A DNA stretch of 64,000 bases from the NCBI GenBank assembly GCA_000934665.2, contig KZ538648.1, forward strand, positions 1 through 64,000, written 5' to 3'. Every line of letters starts with the position of its first letter. Position 1 is the stretch's first letter. Below are positions 35,918 through 48,821 of the stretch, piece by piece. Both the position numbers and the translations under genes were made by a program. The notes beneath the pieces are model-generated. The model saw only the letters and a program-made list of their open reading frames with translations. It did not search any database and was not told the origin of the DNA. This stretch comes from Catajapyx aquilonaris (Eukaryota).

Positions 35918-36512
35918 CTCCGGAGTATCTTTACATTGGTGTATCTTTACTCCGGATTATCTTACCCCGGATCTTACTTCTGGTGTATCTTTACACCGGT
36001 GTATCTTTACCCCCCGGTGTATCTTTACCCTGTCTTTACCCCCCTGTGTATCTTTACCCCCGGTGTATCTTTACCCCCGGTGTATCTTTACCCCTAGCCT
36101 CTAGGCCCCTAGTCTGGTGACCCCGGGTAAGCTTGTATCTTTATCTTACACAGGAATATCTTTACCCCCAGTGTATCGTCTTTACTTCCAGTTTACTTCG
36201 GATTATCTTTACCCTGGTGTATCTTAACCTCGGTGTATCTTTACACAGGAGTATCTTTACCCCCAGTGTATCGTCTTTACTTCCAGTTTACTTCGGATTA
36301 TCTTTACCCTGGTGTATCTTAACCTCGGTGTATCTTTACACAGGAGTATCTTTACCCCCAGTGTATCTTTACTTCGGATTATCTTTACGCCGGCGTATCT
36401 TACCCCCGTTGTAGCTTACCCCCGGAGTATCTTTACCCCCGTTGAAAGTCTGCACCCAGTCTTACTTCTGTTCCCAATGGATGACCAACTTGCTCCGGAA
36501 TGTCTTATACCC
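35918..36512. repeat. Minisatellite of about 15-16-bp units (GGTGTATCTTTACCCC) with an internal duplication of about 95 bp
   Basis: Many GTATCTTTACCC units. The block TACACAGGA.TATCTTTACCCCCAGTGTATCGTC... occurs at about 36147, 36242 and 36337. Confidence 0.9.
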
Positions 36513-37089
36513 CGATTGATGAATCCCGTCCCCATGAGGTCGCGACCTGGTGTAGGTCATTCTTCACCTTCCCTCGTGCTCTGGGTGGCACTCCTCTCTA
36601 ATTTGGGACCCCCCCGATAGATGGTCGCCATTAGTCCAAACGACGGAGTAAGAGGAAGGGTCCGGGGGTAGAGGTAAGTAGGTAGGTAAGGAAAACGATG
36701 GGAGAGGGTGGGTCTCAGACGGATGCGGAGGGGCGGGCACTAGTCGGCAATTAGTCCTCTTGTCCGTCTGTCCTTTTAGTGCTGGGGGGTGCGCGGGGGT
36801 GGATTTATGGACGGCTATCGTGTTGTCCGCGCTTTCTCCTGCCCTGCTTACAGGAGACATTACTTTGCCTGGATGCCCATTTGGGGCAGGGGAGAAAGGG
36901 GAAGGAGGGCTGGCCGGGCACGGTTGCCAACCCTCCAAGGAACAATGGGCGGAATTTTCGTCCCACTGTAGTGCTAATAATTAGCAGTTCCAGTGCTGGG
37001 AATGGCACTACTATAAGGTCGCATTACCTAGCAGTGGGATGAAAATTCCACTCAATGCAATGTCTCAAACTATCGGCTCGATTCTCACA

Positions 37090-37640
37090 AAGCAGCTATC
37101 TGTATTACTTATCAATGAAATAGCCGCCAATTAGCTACTTACCATCAAACAGTTAGTTTTATGTGTTATCGAGAATATTATAGCTTCAACCAAGCTGCTG
37201 ATTGTCAAGCAGTTGCTTTGATTAGTTATGAAGAACGTTAGTTTCCGCCATAAGCTGCTTATTATTAATCAGTTACTCTTATTGGTTATGGAAAATATTA
37301 TTTCCATCAAGCAGATTATTATTCAGCTACTTTTATGAGCCACCAAGAATATTAGCTTCAGCTAAAATGCTGTTTATTAAACAATTATTGGCCTTGGAAA
37401 AGATTATTTCCGCCAAGCAGCTTATTAATCAGCTACTTTTATGAGCCATTAAGAATATTAGCTTCAGTGAAGCTGCTTTTTATTAAACAACTATTGGTTA
37501 TGAAGATTGTTAGTTTCCACGAAGCTGCTTATTTTTAAGCAGTTACTTTCATGAATATTTTCAAGAGAATTAGCTTCCACCAATCTGCTTATTGTTAAGC
37601 AGTTACTCCTATTAGATAAGAAGAATATTAGCTTCCACCA
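37090..37640. repeat. Degenerate AT-rich tandem repeat (AAGCTGCTTATT / CAGTTACTTT / AAGAATATTAGCTTC), unit about 55-60 bp
   Basis: AAGAATATTAGCTTC recurs at about 37345, 37451 and 37621, with GCAGTTACT motifs between. Confidence 0.7.
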
Positions 37641-39619
37641 TTATGTTATTGTATCGTGGGTTTGATCCCTTTATAAAATAATGAGAGCGGTCGACAGCGA
37701 AATGAATTATTGACATGGCTGAATTAACCATCATAATCTTATCACAATTATTCGAGGCTATAGATGAATGATTGTACTCGGCCATACATCGCCAAGTGTC
37801 GGTAAAGAGCGAGACATATTTTAGCTTTTATTAGTGGAAAACCGAGTGCATGTAAAGTGATGTCAGGCAGTTTCGGCTGTACATCCAGATGAAGCCAACC
37901 TTATGAAGATTGGCGTGATGAACGCCCAACGGTTAGTTGCCTCCATCCGGCAGCATCACTGCTGCTGCTATGCTGCCGGGCGGGCCAGAAATTATTATGT
38001 TGATTAGCTGGTTACCGCGGCCAAATAATTCAACCGGCCGGAGTACATACCAGTGCATGCAACAAAAACAAAACAAAAACTACACGTGTTATCAGAGGGT
38101 AGCAGGTCCGTTCCAACCAATGAAATCGATCCGCTCTTTCTATCCCAATATTTTGCATAATCATCATCATCATCATCATCATCACCACACGTCTAATGAG
38201 TTATCCATTTTGGCAGACTGCAGGTGATGCTGTGATTATGTGCAAGATTCATCATTCATGCAGGTGCGTTTTAGTTTGCTGGTGGTTAATTGAAAAATCA
38301 ATAATGAATGTACCAGAACCAGCCTCAGTTTGAGGAAATTGTAAATACGATGCTATGTAAAGAGAGAGTGAGTATGTACGGGAGAGGATGATGAGTGGAA
38401 ATCATGAAATAATTACCTTACGTTTTAGGCTTCAAAACCCCACTGAATGATGGGCTCTCTCCAAATATTCGGATTCACTTTGTGCATTGCCCTGTGACAA
38501 ACATACTCTCTAGGTGATGTGTGTTATACGGTCGAATCATGAGACGCGATTACACAGCCGCGACGCTTATTGACCCAGTTAGTTTAGCCATTTGACTGTC
38601 CCATTTGCAGTCAACAGAAAAATAGAGACGGATATAGCCATCCAATCTTATCCAGCAGACGCGGTCGAGACGCGGTTTATAATCGGAACGAGCTAATTGG
38701 ACTTGGAGCTGCTGTTACACTAGACGCGGTCGAGACGCGGTCCGGATGATGTACAGCTCGTTTCTTGCTATGGCCACATCAGTCTCGATCGCTTCTGGCA
38801 CTCTAAAATTGAAGCATCTCTTGGGATCTTGTAAAAAGCACCGTGTGTTACATAATTTAGCTCACATCCGTATCGGGCGTCGTTTGACCCAACTTTACCA
38901 GACCGCCAGAGCACCTGACCCCGTCGGGTCACATCTGGCTAGAGCCAATCAGGGATTAGGAGTCATCTGAGCAGAGTAGGGGGTGACAAAAACCAGGCTG
39001 CAGCAAGTGGGAATTGGGTCTTTTTCTTCCCCCAAAAGAGAGGTGTGAGTGAGGAAGGAAACAATGCTAGGCAGGGCCCATTGGTTGGATGGAAAAAGGT
39101 GGGGGAAGGCGGCGGGAAGGAAGGAAGTAGAAACCCTCCCTCCCTCCCTAGGAAGAAACAGCCGCTGATAATGGGTGACGCAGGGCTGTTAGGGTTCTTG
39201 GATGGCAGTCGAAGCAACAGCCGGCGGCCTCCTTCCCCTTCCTTCTTCCATTGCTGACTTTGACGAATGGGAGCTTCTTTATCCGGTGGTGGTGGGAGGA
39301 AGGAGGGGGAATGAGGGGGGGGGGGACTAGTAGGGGAAGGAGAGGAAAAACCTTTAGGACCAATTCCATCCCCTCGTGCCAATCCGGGGACCCAGGAACG
39401 ATCGGAGCAAAGGCCGGGTCACATGTTCTGGGTCTCAATTCGTAGAGGTCTGCTGTAGTTGCTCGGGGATACAGGGTGTGTCATAACGAACCAGACAAAA
39501 CTTGCAGGATCGACTCGAGGCCACCAGAGGATCACTTTATGTACACGCGTCATTTCCTCTCCGCACCTTCATTGCCAAGATAACGAGCTTCAAACGCAAG
39601 GTGTCAAATTACATCTCAT

Positions 39620-40280
39620 GCAGAGCCGTTACTAATAGCAGATTTACAAGAGTAGCAGTTGTGGGTTATTTCGCTGTGCTATTAATAGCCATTGTTAACA
39701 GCCTACAAGAGTAACAGGTCTGGTACGCAAAGCCGTTATTAATAATAGCGACAAGAGTTGAGGATTTGATGTATAACTGTTATTAACAACAGTTGCAAGT
39801 CTCCGTTACCAATAGCAGCTATAAGAGTAGCGGCTGTGATACACCGGGTGTTCCAAGTTCGTGGGTAGCTTTTTGCTATCACTGATATCCTCCGAAATAG
39901 TTATTTTTGTGTAGCTTAACCTGGATCGGGGCACAAAAAGGTACAAACAAAATCACAGCTTTGAGCGAAATTTTAGATAACTTAACTACTATATATTATA
40001 AAATGCCCCACCAACTTGGAACATCATGTAACATAGCCGTTATGAATAACAGTTACAAGTGTACTGTATTATTGCGCTGTACTACGGATAACAGTTATTA
40101 ATTGCAGCTGTGCTAAATCCAGCTGTTATTGATAACAGTTATAACAGTAGCCGCTGTGCGTTATTCAGCTTTTTGCTATGCATAGCCGTTGTTAATAGAA
40201 ATTAGGCCTACAAGCGTAACAGCTATGCTTTGCAAAGTCGTTATTAACAGCAGTGCCGAGAGTTGACTGCTATGCGCTAT
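39620..40280. repeat. Degenerate satellite field (AGCCGTTATTAATAGCAG / TACAAGAGTAGCAG)
   Basis: Recurrent motifs with the same vocabulary as the fields at 8.5-11.3 kb; interrupted at 39844-40028. Confidence 0.65.
39844..40028. mobile_element. Old Tc1/mariner-type MITE inserted in the satellite field
   Basis: CCGGGTGTTCCAAGTTCGTGGG ... CCCCACCAACTTGGAACATCATG|TA imperfect TIRs. Confidence 0.6.
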
Positions 40281-41342
40281 TTCGCTCAGATTGCCACGTT
40301 TTAGCCAATGTTGCCGGATTTCCAGCCTGAGTTCAATCTGTCCCACGATCTGTCCTGATCCTCAGTGGAGCCTTTGACGAGCCATCAGAAAGGTTAGGAG
40401 AAATCCAGGCCAAATGATATTTCCTCCCACTTTTTTGTGTGTGTGTGGAAATGCGGATATCTTTTAAAATAACGGTCTGCGTTTTCCCGATGTTATTCCT
40501 CCCCCCCCCCCCCCNTCATAAACTCCACCAATTTGCAACTCCCTCACACTACCCCCCCGCCCCCTTTCCGAAAAAAAGGCTCGAAAAATCCTCGGAATGG
40601 GAAACAAGAAAAGAGGAGGGGAGGAGGGAAAAACTTTTCACAGAACGAAAACAAATTGATTGCTCTCATCCGATCCGATTTTCCTCACCCCAGTCGAAAA
40701 TTGGTCTCGCCCTCCCCCTTTCCCCTCAAAGCTCACTTCAAATCTTACCCCCCCTTTTCCACCACCCTCCCCCACCCTGTGGCGGCCATGGAGGGGTGGG
40801 TTTTATTAAATTCTCGGCATGTGACAGCTGTCACACTCTGAGAGAAGGACACCTCCAAAGCCTCCCTACCTTTTCCTGTCTGCCACCAGAGGACGTTGCA
40901 AGTGCAAAAAAAATATATAGAGTCGAATTTTAGCCCACCCTCCAAAAAAAAATTCGCCACATTTTTTGGAACACCCACCATTCCCACATTATTTAGGGCT
41001 TCTTCCTGGCACAAGGTAGAGGTGGCCCAGAATATGACGTCGAGGGAAAGGGGTATCAGAAAAAGGTTTTTACGGGCGGAAACGATCTCGCTTTGGTGCA
41101 ACCCACCACCGGAACTTGATTTATGTACTCTTTTTTTCTTACACACGTTGTTTCGAACACGCTGCAGACAAAAGGTGGGTTCAAAGTTTTGTGGAGGTGT
41201 AAGTGCGGAAGGGTGGCAAGAAGGGGAAATGTCTGGTGAGGATTACACCGTGTAGATAACTCCAGCAACCAGAGAAGCAACTAACTGAAAAATCATAGGC
41301 GTACTACCAATTCCCTTATTCTGTCTGTATGCTTATATTATA

Positions 41343-41853
41343 CTAGCTGCGTCTCCCGGCGTTGCCCGGGAAGAAATGAATGAATGGAAAACACCTGCCA
41401 GTACCCCCGTCAACTGTCTGTCTTTCTGTGTGTCCGGTCACCAATGCCATCTGTGGTCCTGCTACTCCAACTTCTTGAACCTCTCCCGCCTGTAACGGCA
41501 ACCGTCATTTGCCTGCCATCTGTAGTCAACCCCCAACACCTTCATACTCTCCCGGCCTGTGGGTGGAGCACAGATGGCAGGCAAATGACAGTTGGCAGGC
41601 GGACAGACAGACAGACAGACATACTCACAAACGGCTTTATTTATACAGGGTGGTCCAAGTTCAAGTGTCGTTTTATAACGGCGATTAATAGCAGTGATTT
41701 TGCGATGACATAGCAGCGACGCGTAAAATACTTCGGCGCATTTTCGGCGCGATCGAAGTGGGCAATTTTACACGTCGCTGCTACGTCATCGTTAAGCGCT
41801 TCTATTAATCGCCGTTATAAAACGACACTTGAACTTGGACCACCCTGTATAGA
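41343..41853 (-). mobile_element. Complete non-autonomous Helitron (family F), interrupted by MITE D
   Basis: After removing MITE D, the minus strand reads A|TCTATATAAATAAAGCCGTTTGTGAGTATGTCTGTCTGTCTG... and ends ...CCCGGGCAACGCCGGG-AGACGCAG-CTAG|T. This gives 5' TC, a 3' GC hairpin, CTAG and insertion between A and T. Confidence 0.85.
41646..41847 (-). mobile_element. MITE family D, copy 3 (opposite orientation to copies 1 and 2)
   Basis: TA|CAGGGTGGTCCAAGTTCAAG...CTTGAACTTGGACCACCCTG|TA. The asymmetric segments GCAGTGATTTTGCG and TTAAGCGCTTC are swapped relative to copy 2. Confidence 0.93.
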
Positions 41854-44800
41854 TGTCCGTGTTGATATCTGACTACTTATTGACTCGATCCTTTCAGATT
41901 GATGTTTGTCCGACATAGCAGTGCCTCTACCCCTCACACGAGTCTGAGTGGCAGCACTGCTCAGGAGGATGTGCCATTTATGAGACAAGTGAGCTACTAA
42001 TTGACTCGAGTCTTTCCCTATTATGTCTGAAAATCATCCGATTCTGAGCTCATTATTGCAAAAAAAAAATGGCGACAGCAACACGCACTAAAATCGCAGT
42101 AAGTTAAACAGTGTCAAAAACATGGCCTGCAAAATGGACAAGGCTCTTTTCGCGAAAAGAAAACCGCAGGCAAAACCCCGCGGTTTCTCTCTCTCGCCCA
42201 CTTGCTAAAACCGCATTTTCGCAAACCGCATCCCACGGCCTTTACCTTTTAATCCCCATGTTGCAGAAAATTACCATTTTCCCAACACCTGAAGCTTTTT
42301 GCAAAAAAAAAAAAGAAGTCAGGTGCGCTGATTCAATGTTTGCGGCGGGTCATATTTTGAGCTTACACCAAACTGTCGACTAATCCTAGCCCCCCCAACA
42401 TGACTTGTTCAGCTTCAATATTTCGGGCCAACATTTCGCCCAGCCAAGAAAACGTATTTTAAAGCATTACGTTGGAGCCAAGCTTTCCCCCTCTAATTGG
42501 AGTTGGTAAAAGAGGCCCCCGCTTGTTGTTGTTGCTTCCATTTTTTTGGAGGGGGGTGTGGGTGGAGAGTTAGCCCTCCCGGCAGGCTAACTAATAACCC
42601 ACTGCGGAGAGATTTAATCAAACTGTAGCGCGGCAGAAAATTTGCTCAGCAGAGAGGAATGATAACACAGTTAGCCCAACCTCCCCATGAGTCTCCCCTT
42701 AAAAAGAGCCATCTGTAAACAAGTGTAATGGAAACGCTTTTTTAAAGGGGTTTAAGTATAACTAAAATGATTTTTTTTTCATGGTTAATAATAGCCGTTT
42801 GAGTCATCACGGGGCTTGCCAAGGGGATGTTGTAGTAGTAGTGTGAAGCAAACCTTATCTCCAAAAAGGGTCATGGAGACCAGAACCTGGCGATCATTAT
42901 CCATTAGGGCCTGCACCCGCTGGGGGGGCCACCATTACGAGCTTGTCAGCTCCAGCCGGTCGGTTCAGGATGAAACAAGATTTCGGATATGTAACTACCG
43001 CCTATGCCTGCAGCATCTGGAGCGATAATAATAACAGTAATATTATAAAACTGTTTGCATAGTAGGCTTTGGATGTGCGCTTTCCTAATTGTGCAAAAGG
43101 TTTTTGTTTATTCTGGCGTGACACTTTGTAACTGTGTTTTAGGCCACCTTGCTTTGCACTACAGTGTGGGGTCCAAATTCTATCTAAACAGAAGCCCCGA
43201 AGAATGGAGATTCAGCCCAGGATAGTTAATGGGAGGCCAGGAATATCTGTAAACATGTTTATGCCCCTCCGTGCATTATTTGGACAAGACGTGTATTCAT
43301 AGCCAGAAGGTCCTTGTGTAGAGAAAACGGGGTAAGAGGATGTTGTCAAAAGCAACCAGACAAAATTTTAATGATCACTATAGTATAATCAAAAGGGCAA
43401 GTAAAAATATGCAAAAAAAAAAATTAATCACGAATCAGAATACTTGGACAAATAATCCTGCTCGAGCATTTCACACTTCATCACAGGTCCAATCCCCCCA
43501 AAAATTACAGACCGGAGATTGATGTAGAAAAAAATAATCGGAATAAGTAATGAGAGGAGGGGGGACATGAAGTGATTAACAAGCTGGAAAGATTGAAAAA
43601 CCAACGCACTTCATTTCCTCCGACCAATCAAGCCTTCCTGCAATTGCTGATGGCTGGAAAAAAGGCAATCGAATGATACGGACGTTTCAGGGGGGGAATC
43701 ATAATGAGCAATAAGGAAAGGATCATCCCCATCCCCTCAAAAAAAAAGAAGAAGCCAATATGCCGTTTTTATTAAGCTTAATAAACGCACCTCTGGTGAA
43801 CGATTGAAATGAAAGAATAATTTAACTGAATTTTTCCACACACACATACATTCCAACAAGTCGGTGGAGTCCATTTACTTCTAAACCGTATTAGCAAGCG
43901 ACTTTTGGCAATATTGGGAACATCCTCCATTTGAGCAAGCTTCAGAATACAAAATGTAGTCCACTTGTTTTGAATACAAATGAAGCTCGTTTTAGGAGCG
44001 AAAAATATATATATATATACTATTTCACCATCCAGACTTTATAATAAGACTTTGTTTACCTCCGGATTCTGCAGCTGAGCCACATGCCGAAAATCATCCA
44101 ATCAAATTGATCCGGATCACTGCTTCGTATCAATAAACTTTTGCAGGGTTTATAAGCAAACATTTTTTTCCTTGGCTGGTACTTGGCTGGAACAACAAAG
44201 TTTCATCCTAACTTTGTAGGCAACCGCATCCTTGTAGTACAAAAAGGGTAACCGGCAGGCGCTCAACTTGTTTTTTTTTCGGGGGCAACTATAAATGGCT
44301 TCATTTTTGAAGGCAATAATCGGGCTGTAAAAAAAAGCACACTGCACAGAGAGAGAGGTTTGAGTGTGCGTTTTTTTGCATTATTACCTTGGAAGGGCCG
44401 GCTCTCTCTCCTTTTATCTGTAGCAATTCGGTTGGAGGTCCCGGAACTAGAAAGCGTTCCGGTGACAAGTTCCGGGAGGAGATAATGATGAGAGGAGGCT
44501 CGAAATAAACCCGAGACATTTCCTTCGCTTTTACTTCCTCCGGATTCCCTTATTACGGCCGATTCTGCACACACAGAGAGAAAGCTTGATGTTTATGGGT
44601 CTGAGGGGCGTTACATGGGGCCTCCGCTTTTACAGTCTAATGGGTTCGAATGGTCACTCTTAGCCTGGACCAAATCTGCAGGAAATTTCCTATATATTCA
44701 GGAGAGAGAGAGAGGGAACACCAACTCTGAACATTTCCGGTGATGTTTGTCCTGAACAAGTGATGCAGCACTTTCTGCTGCATCATCTCCACCAAAACCA

Positions 44801-47800
44801 CCAGTGTTTGGTTGACCTTGGAAGTCTCCAGAGAATTTACTTCCTTTCCCCCCTCCATTCCCCCCTCGGTCCTTAGGGCCCTTCCCAGGTAATTAAGGCA
44901 TATTGTTATCTCCTCTTCTCCTTCGCCGCTTTGTTTGTCTTCCCAGAAAGCCGTGAGTAATATTAGTGTTTACTTTCGAGCTTTGGGGGGTAGGCCCCGA
45001 GGAAATGGAGAGCTTGCAGGCGATGAAGGTAAAATTGTGAGAGGTCTGGCCAGCATCAAAACTCTCAGGAATGAAGCCTAATGGGTCACTCCATCAATTG
45101 ACTTAAGAAGCTTCCCTTGCTACTCTCTCGATATATCATATGCTGCTTTTCCCCCAATGTTGAGGTTTGGGAGGGTCCATCTTTTTTTTTCGACCAGCTT
45201 TTGCTTGCTTTGCTCACCCCTGAGGACCCTTCAGCTTCCGGGCTTTTCGTCCCTCGAGGGCTTATTGGCGAAAAGAATAGAGACCCCAGGTCTCTCTAAC
45301 CGGACTTTGCTTTATATGTGATGAATTGACATAAGGGGGTTGCGGGTGGACCACTGTTGCCTTTACTTACAAAGCTCAAACAATGGGCCAGTGCTTGCAG
45401 GGTGAAGATTAGAAATGGACCACTCTTGAGGAACTTTGTTGCTATGGACGGACACAGTTTGCGTTTTACACTAATTTGCACAAACTCATTCATGACTAAA
45501 ATGCATTTTTTTCATTTTACACAAAAAAAATTGGCAGATGCTCGTCAGCAGGAACATTCGCGATTAATTAACAGCCATGCATAAATCGATACCCCCCAAA
45601 TGTGCACAGTTTCAATACTGGCGGGATGACTTACAGAGAGCCCAATCCTCTCTAATAATAATAATTGAATGGGGCTAAATATTTTCGCAACAAATTCTTG
45701 AAAACGAATATGTGGCAGAAACAGCGATTGCTATTAGTCAAAAAAAGGGGCACTCCGGCTGTACATTGAGCCAAAAGTACTGCGATGCAACGTGAATAGT
45801 AAAAAGGCCACACAAAAAATTGAGTACTCCCATGGGTAGATTACTTCCCCCGCAAGCTGATGTACACTTGCAAGGAAAATAAGGGATGTTTCTGGCAGTC
45901 AGAACAGGAAAGAGAGAGACGGGTGCAAAAAAATATATTCCGAGAGAATGGAAACAGAGTCATTGAGAATTGAGTGAGAGCAGGGCCTGTGTTCTATTGT
46001 CCATAAAAGAGATGGGGGAGGCTGCTGGAAGCGGAGTGTAAACTGCGTAGAGAAATCTCTGTCGGTGTGTTTTTTTTTTCGGAAAAAAGACGGATATCCG
46101 GGCTCGTCTTTTAGCCCGTGTCTCTCTTTCGGCATCCAAAAATAGCTGAATCCAACGAGGGATTTCGAAAGGCCAGTTTGCCACGGATAGACTCTGGAGC
46201 GTGCCAAACGTCCCATAAAATATAGAAAGGTGTAGCCTATCCTATTGGAAATGGCCCTGCTTAAACCCCTCTAGACATTCGCCACTTGTAAAAGCTTCCT
46301 GTGGGCTGCAGACAACTCCAAGTGTCGAGAGATGTCCTGGAATTTCGGATCACTCTTGTTTTATATGTCCAGCTCGTAAAACGCTTCTCTGTTGATTTCC
46401 TATTTTTCGTAAAGACGCTGCAGCAAATGTGTGCAAGCGATGACAGGTGATGTCCACATATATGACGAGGGGGGAAACGTGGCGCGGAAAATTAGCTATC
46501 AAAGTGCGCTAATCATGGTATCAAAAATTAGTTGCCAGAGGCGACCCATTTAGTAGGTGTAGCAGGTAGGGGTGATGGAGCGATATTGTTTATTAAGCAG
46601 GCGTCAAATTGGGCTTGATTTGTGAGCTTCCAACACTAATGGTTATTATCCAGAGCAAAGGACGCTCCTAGAGAAAGTGGGTCAGTAGCATGTGGAAAGG
46701 TGAGACTGTACTGCGGAAGATTTCTGAAGAAGGAAAAAAAAAGTTGGTCTACAGGTTATCATAAATCGCCTGGAGCTTTAGGGAAGGCGAGCTGCAGACT
46801 CATCGGGCAACAGATCATTGGCAGTGGCTCCTTGCCAGCCATTTTTCTCTCTTCTCTTGCCCCCCCCCCCTCCACTAGCTTCTTCCNCCCTACTTTTTTT
46901 TAAACTCTCCACAGGACCATCCTCCAACTTTTGCCCAAACGATCTCCAGATGAGGTCGAACGCTCGTAGGACGTTATCGCTTACGCTTCGCAGTTCCAAT
47001 CGATAACCTTTTGCGTATGCGGAATGTGCAAAAAAAAAACTAAGGCCGGAAAAAGCTAGAAAGATAGAAGCTGTGCCTTTTTTGGTATGTGCAGAAGGTT
47101 TTTTCCAATATGTTTCACGTGCCGAATCTATTTCTAAGCAAATATATTGAATAGCTCAGTATGAATATTACATGTTTGAAATCAATAGTGAAATCAACTA
47201 GTTGCGGCCGCGTTAAGTAAGTTAACGTTGTGGGGGTGTTAACAGACTCTTGCCATCAAGCAGTGTTATGGGAGGGCAAACTTGCAGACAATTAGGAAGT
47301 TGCCACTACTAGCAATCTGCTTACACTAATAGCCTATTTATCGAGGCAAAGTCAAAAGCTTTGGGCACGGTCGCAAGGCAGCAGCTTGGCTTTTGCCAGG
47401 TGCACTTTGGGACACTTTTTTTTTTTTTTGGACCCCATCCAAAATTTTGGGAGGGGCCAAGAGCCTTGCTTTATTCAGACTCTGGGTCTCACTCCTTTTT
47501 TTTTTTTTAACTCCCAGCTTCTCTCCCAGAGTCCCCGTGCTCACTTCTCTCATTAACGGATTTCGCCAGGATTATTGGGCTCCCGGGGCGCGTAAGTCAC
47601 CTCCCTTCCTTCTGACTTGCCAAAAAAAAGAAGAGGGGAAAAAAAGAGGCGGAACATTTTCTGGAGGGTGGTTCTGCATGTGTGACAAAATCTAGGAGAC
47701 ATAGAGCATCATGAGTAACACACAAAAAAAATATTCTCACCTTTTTTAAAAGAAGGATCGCTTTTTTTTTGGTGCAGTGAACGGGCGAATTCCCTTCTGT

Positions 47801-48389
47801 TTCTTCCAAGCCCCCCCTCTCTTTTCAAGTGATGGATTGGACAACAATGCTTAAATTTTCTGGACGGCGGATGATTTATTGTTGCTGCTGGGCATTGTTA
47901 AGTGAAGCGTGTGCGGAAGAAAAGATGCGGAGCGCGTCGTCTCGGCAGCAGCAGGTTTTCGGAGCAGAGAAAAGAGCCGGGCTGAAAATTTCGCTCGCTA
48001 ACCTTCAAGGAACTTGGCAAACTGTTTAAAAAAAAACTCCAGAGAGAGAAAGAGAGAGAGAGAGAAAAAAAAACAGACAGAGGTATAAGTGTGGAGAATG
48101 AGAGCCATTAATTTGTTCGCCTGAAGGGCACGTAACACCATGATAAACAGCATTGTCGTGAAGCAATTAATAACTGCCTGGGAATGAACTGGAAGGTCAG
48201 GGAAAAGGTCACGCAATATCTGTCCATTTGTTTTTAACACCATATAACCGCTCCTTTTTTTCTTACAAATATATACTAGTAGCGAGGATTGCCAAATTTT
48301 GGCCCACCCCACCAACTTGGACGTAGTACGATATGCCACAACCAGATGGCTCGCATCCTCTCTGTACACTCCTGCCACTATCAGGGGTA

Positions 48390-48390
<1 letters not shown>

Positions 48391-48442
<52 letters not shown>
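48391..48442. repeat. (GTA)n microsatellite expanded inside Helitron E
   Basis: About 17 perfect units; absent from the other E copies. Confidence 0.97.
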
Positions 48443-48613
48443 CCTGCACGTTGGTGATGAGTCACCGCGCGGACAAAGCCCACCAGGGTGATATAACCAG
48501 AGCCGCCGCGTTGAAGTGGATCCCACCCTCTCTGACCGCTGTCCTCTAATTGCTGAACGGGGAAAGTGAAAACTACTACCTAGGAAATGAGTATCACGGA
48601 CAAACTTGTGGAC

Positions 48614-48821
48614 GGGTCTCGGACATTTCGCCCCCGCCGTTTCGCCCTCGAACTTTTAGCCCCCGGCATATTGGCCCCCGGGACAATTCCGCCCCCGGCC
48701 AGGCTACACACAAGGCCAGATCCTTCTCTATGAATGCCCAGCCGAATACTTCAAAGTGGAATATGTCACTGGGGCCAATGTGCCGGGGGCTAAAAGTCCG
48801 GGGGCGAAAATTCCGGATCCC
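48614..48821. mobile_element. MULE/Mutator-like MITE with a 9-bp TSD
   Basis: TSD CTTGTGGAC at 48605-48613 and 48822-48830. TIRs GGGTCTCGGACATTTCGCCCCC / GGGGGCGAAAATTCCGGATCCC, with internal GCCCCCGG subrepeats. Confidence 0.88.
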
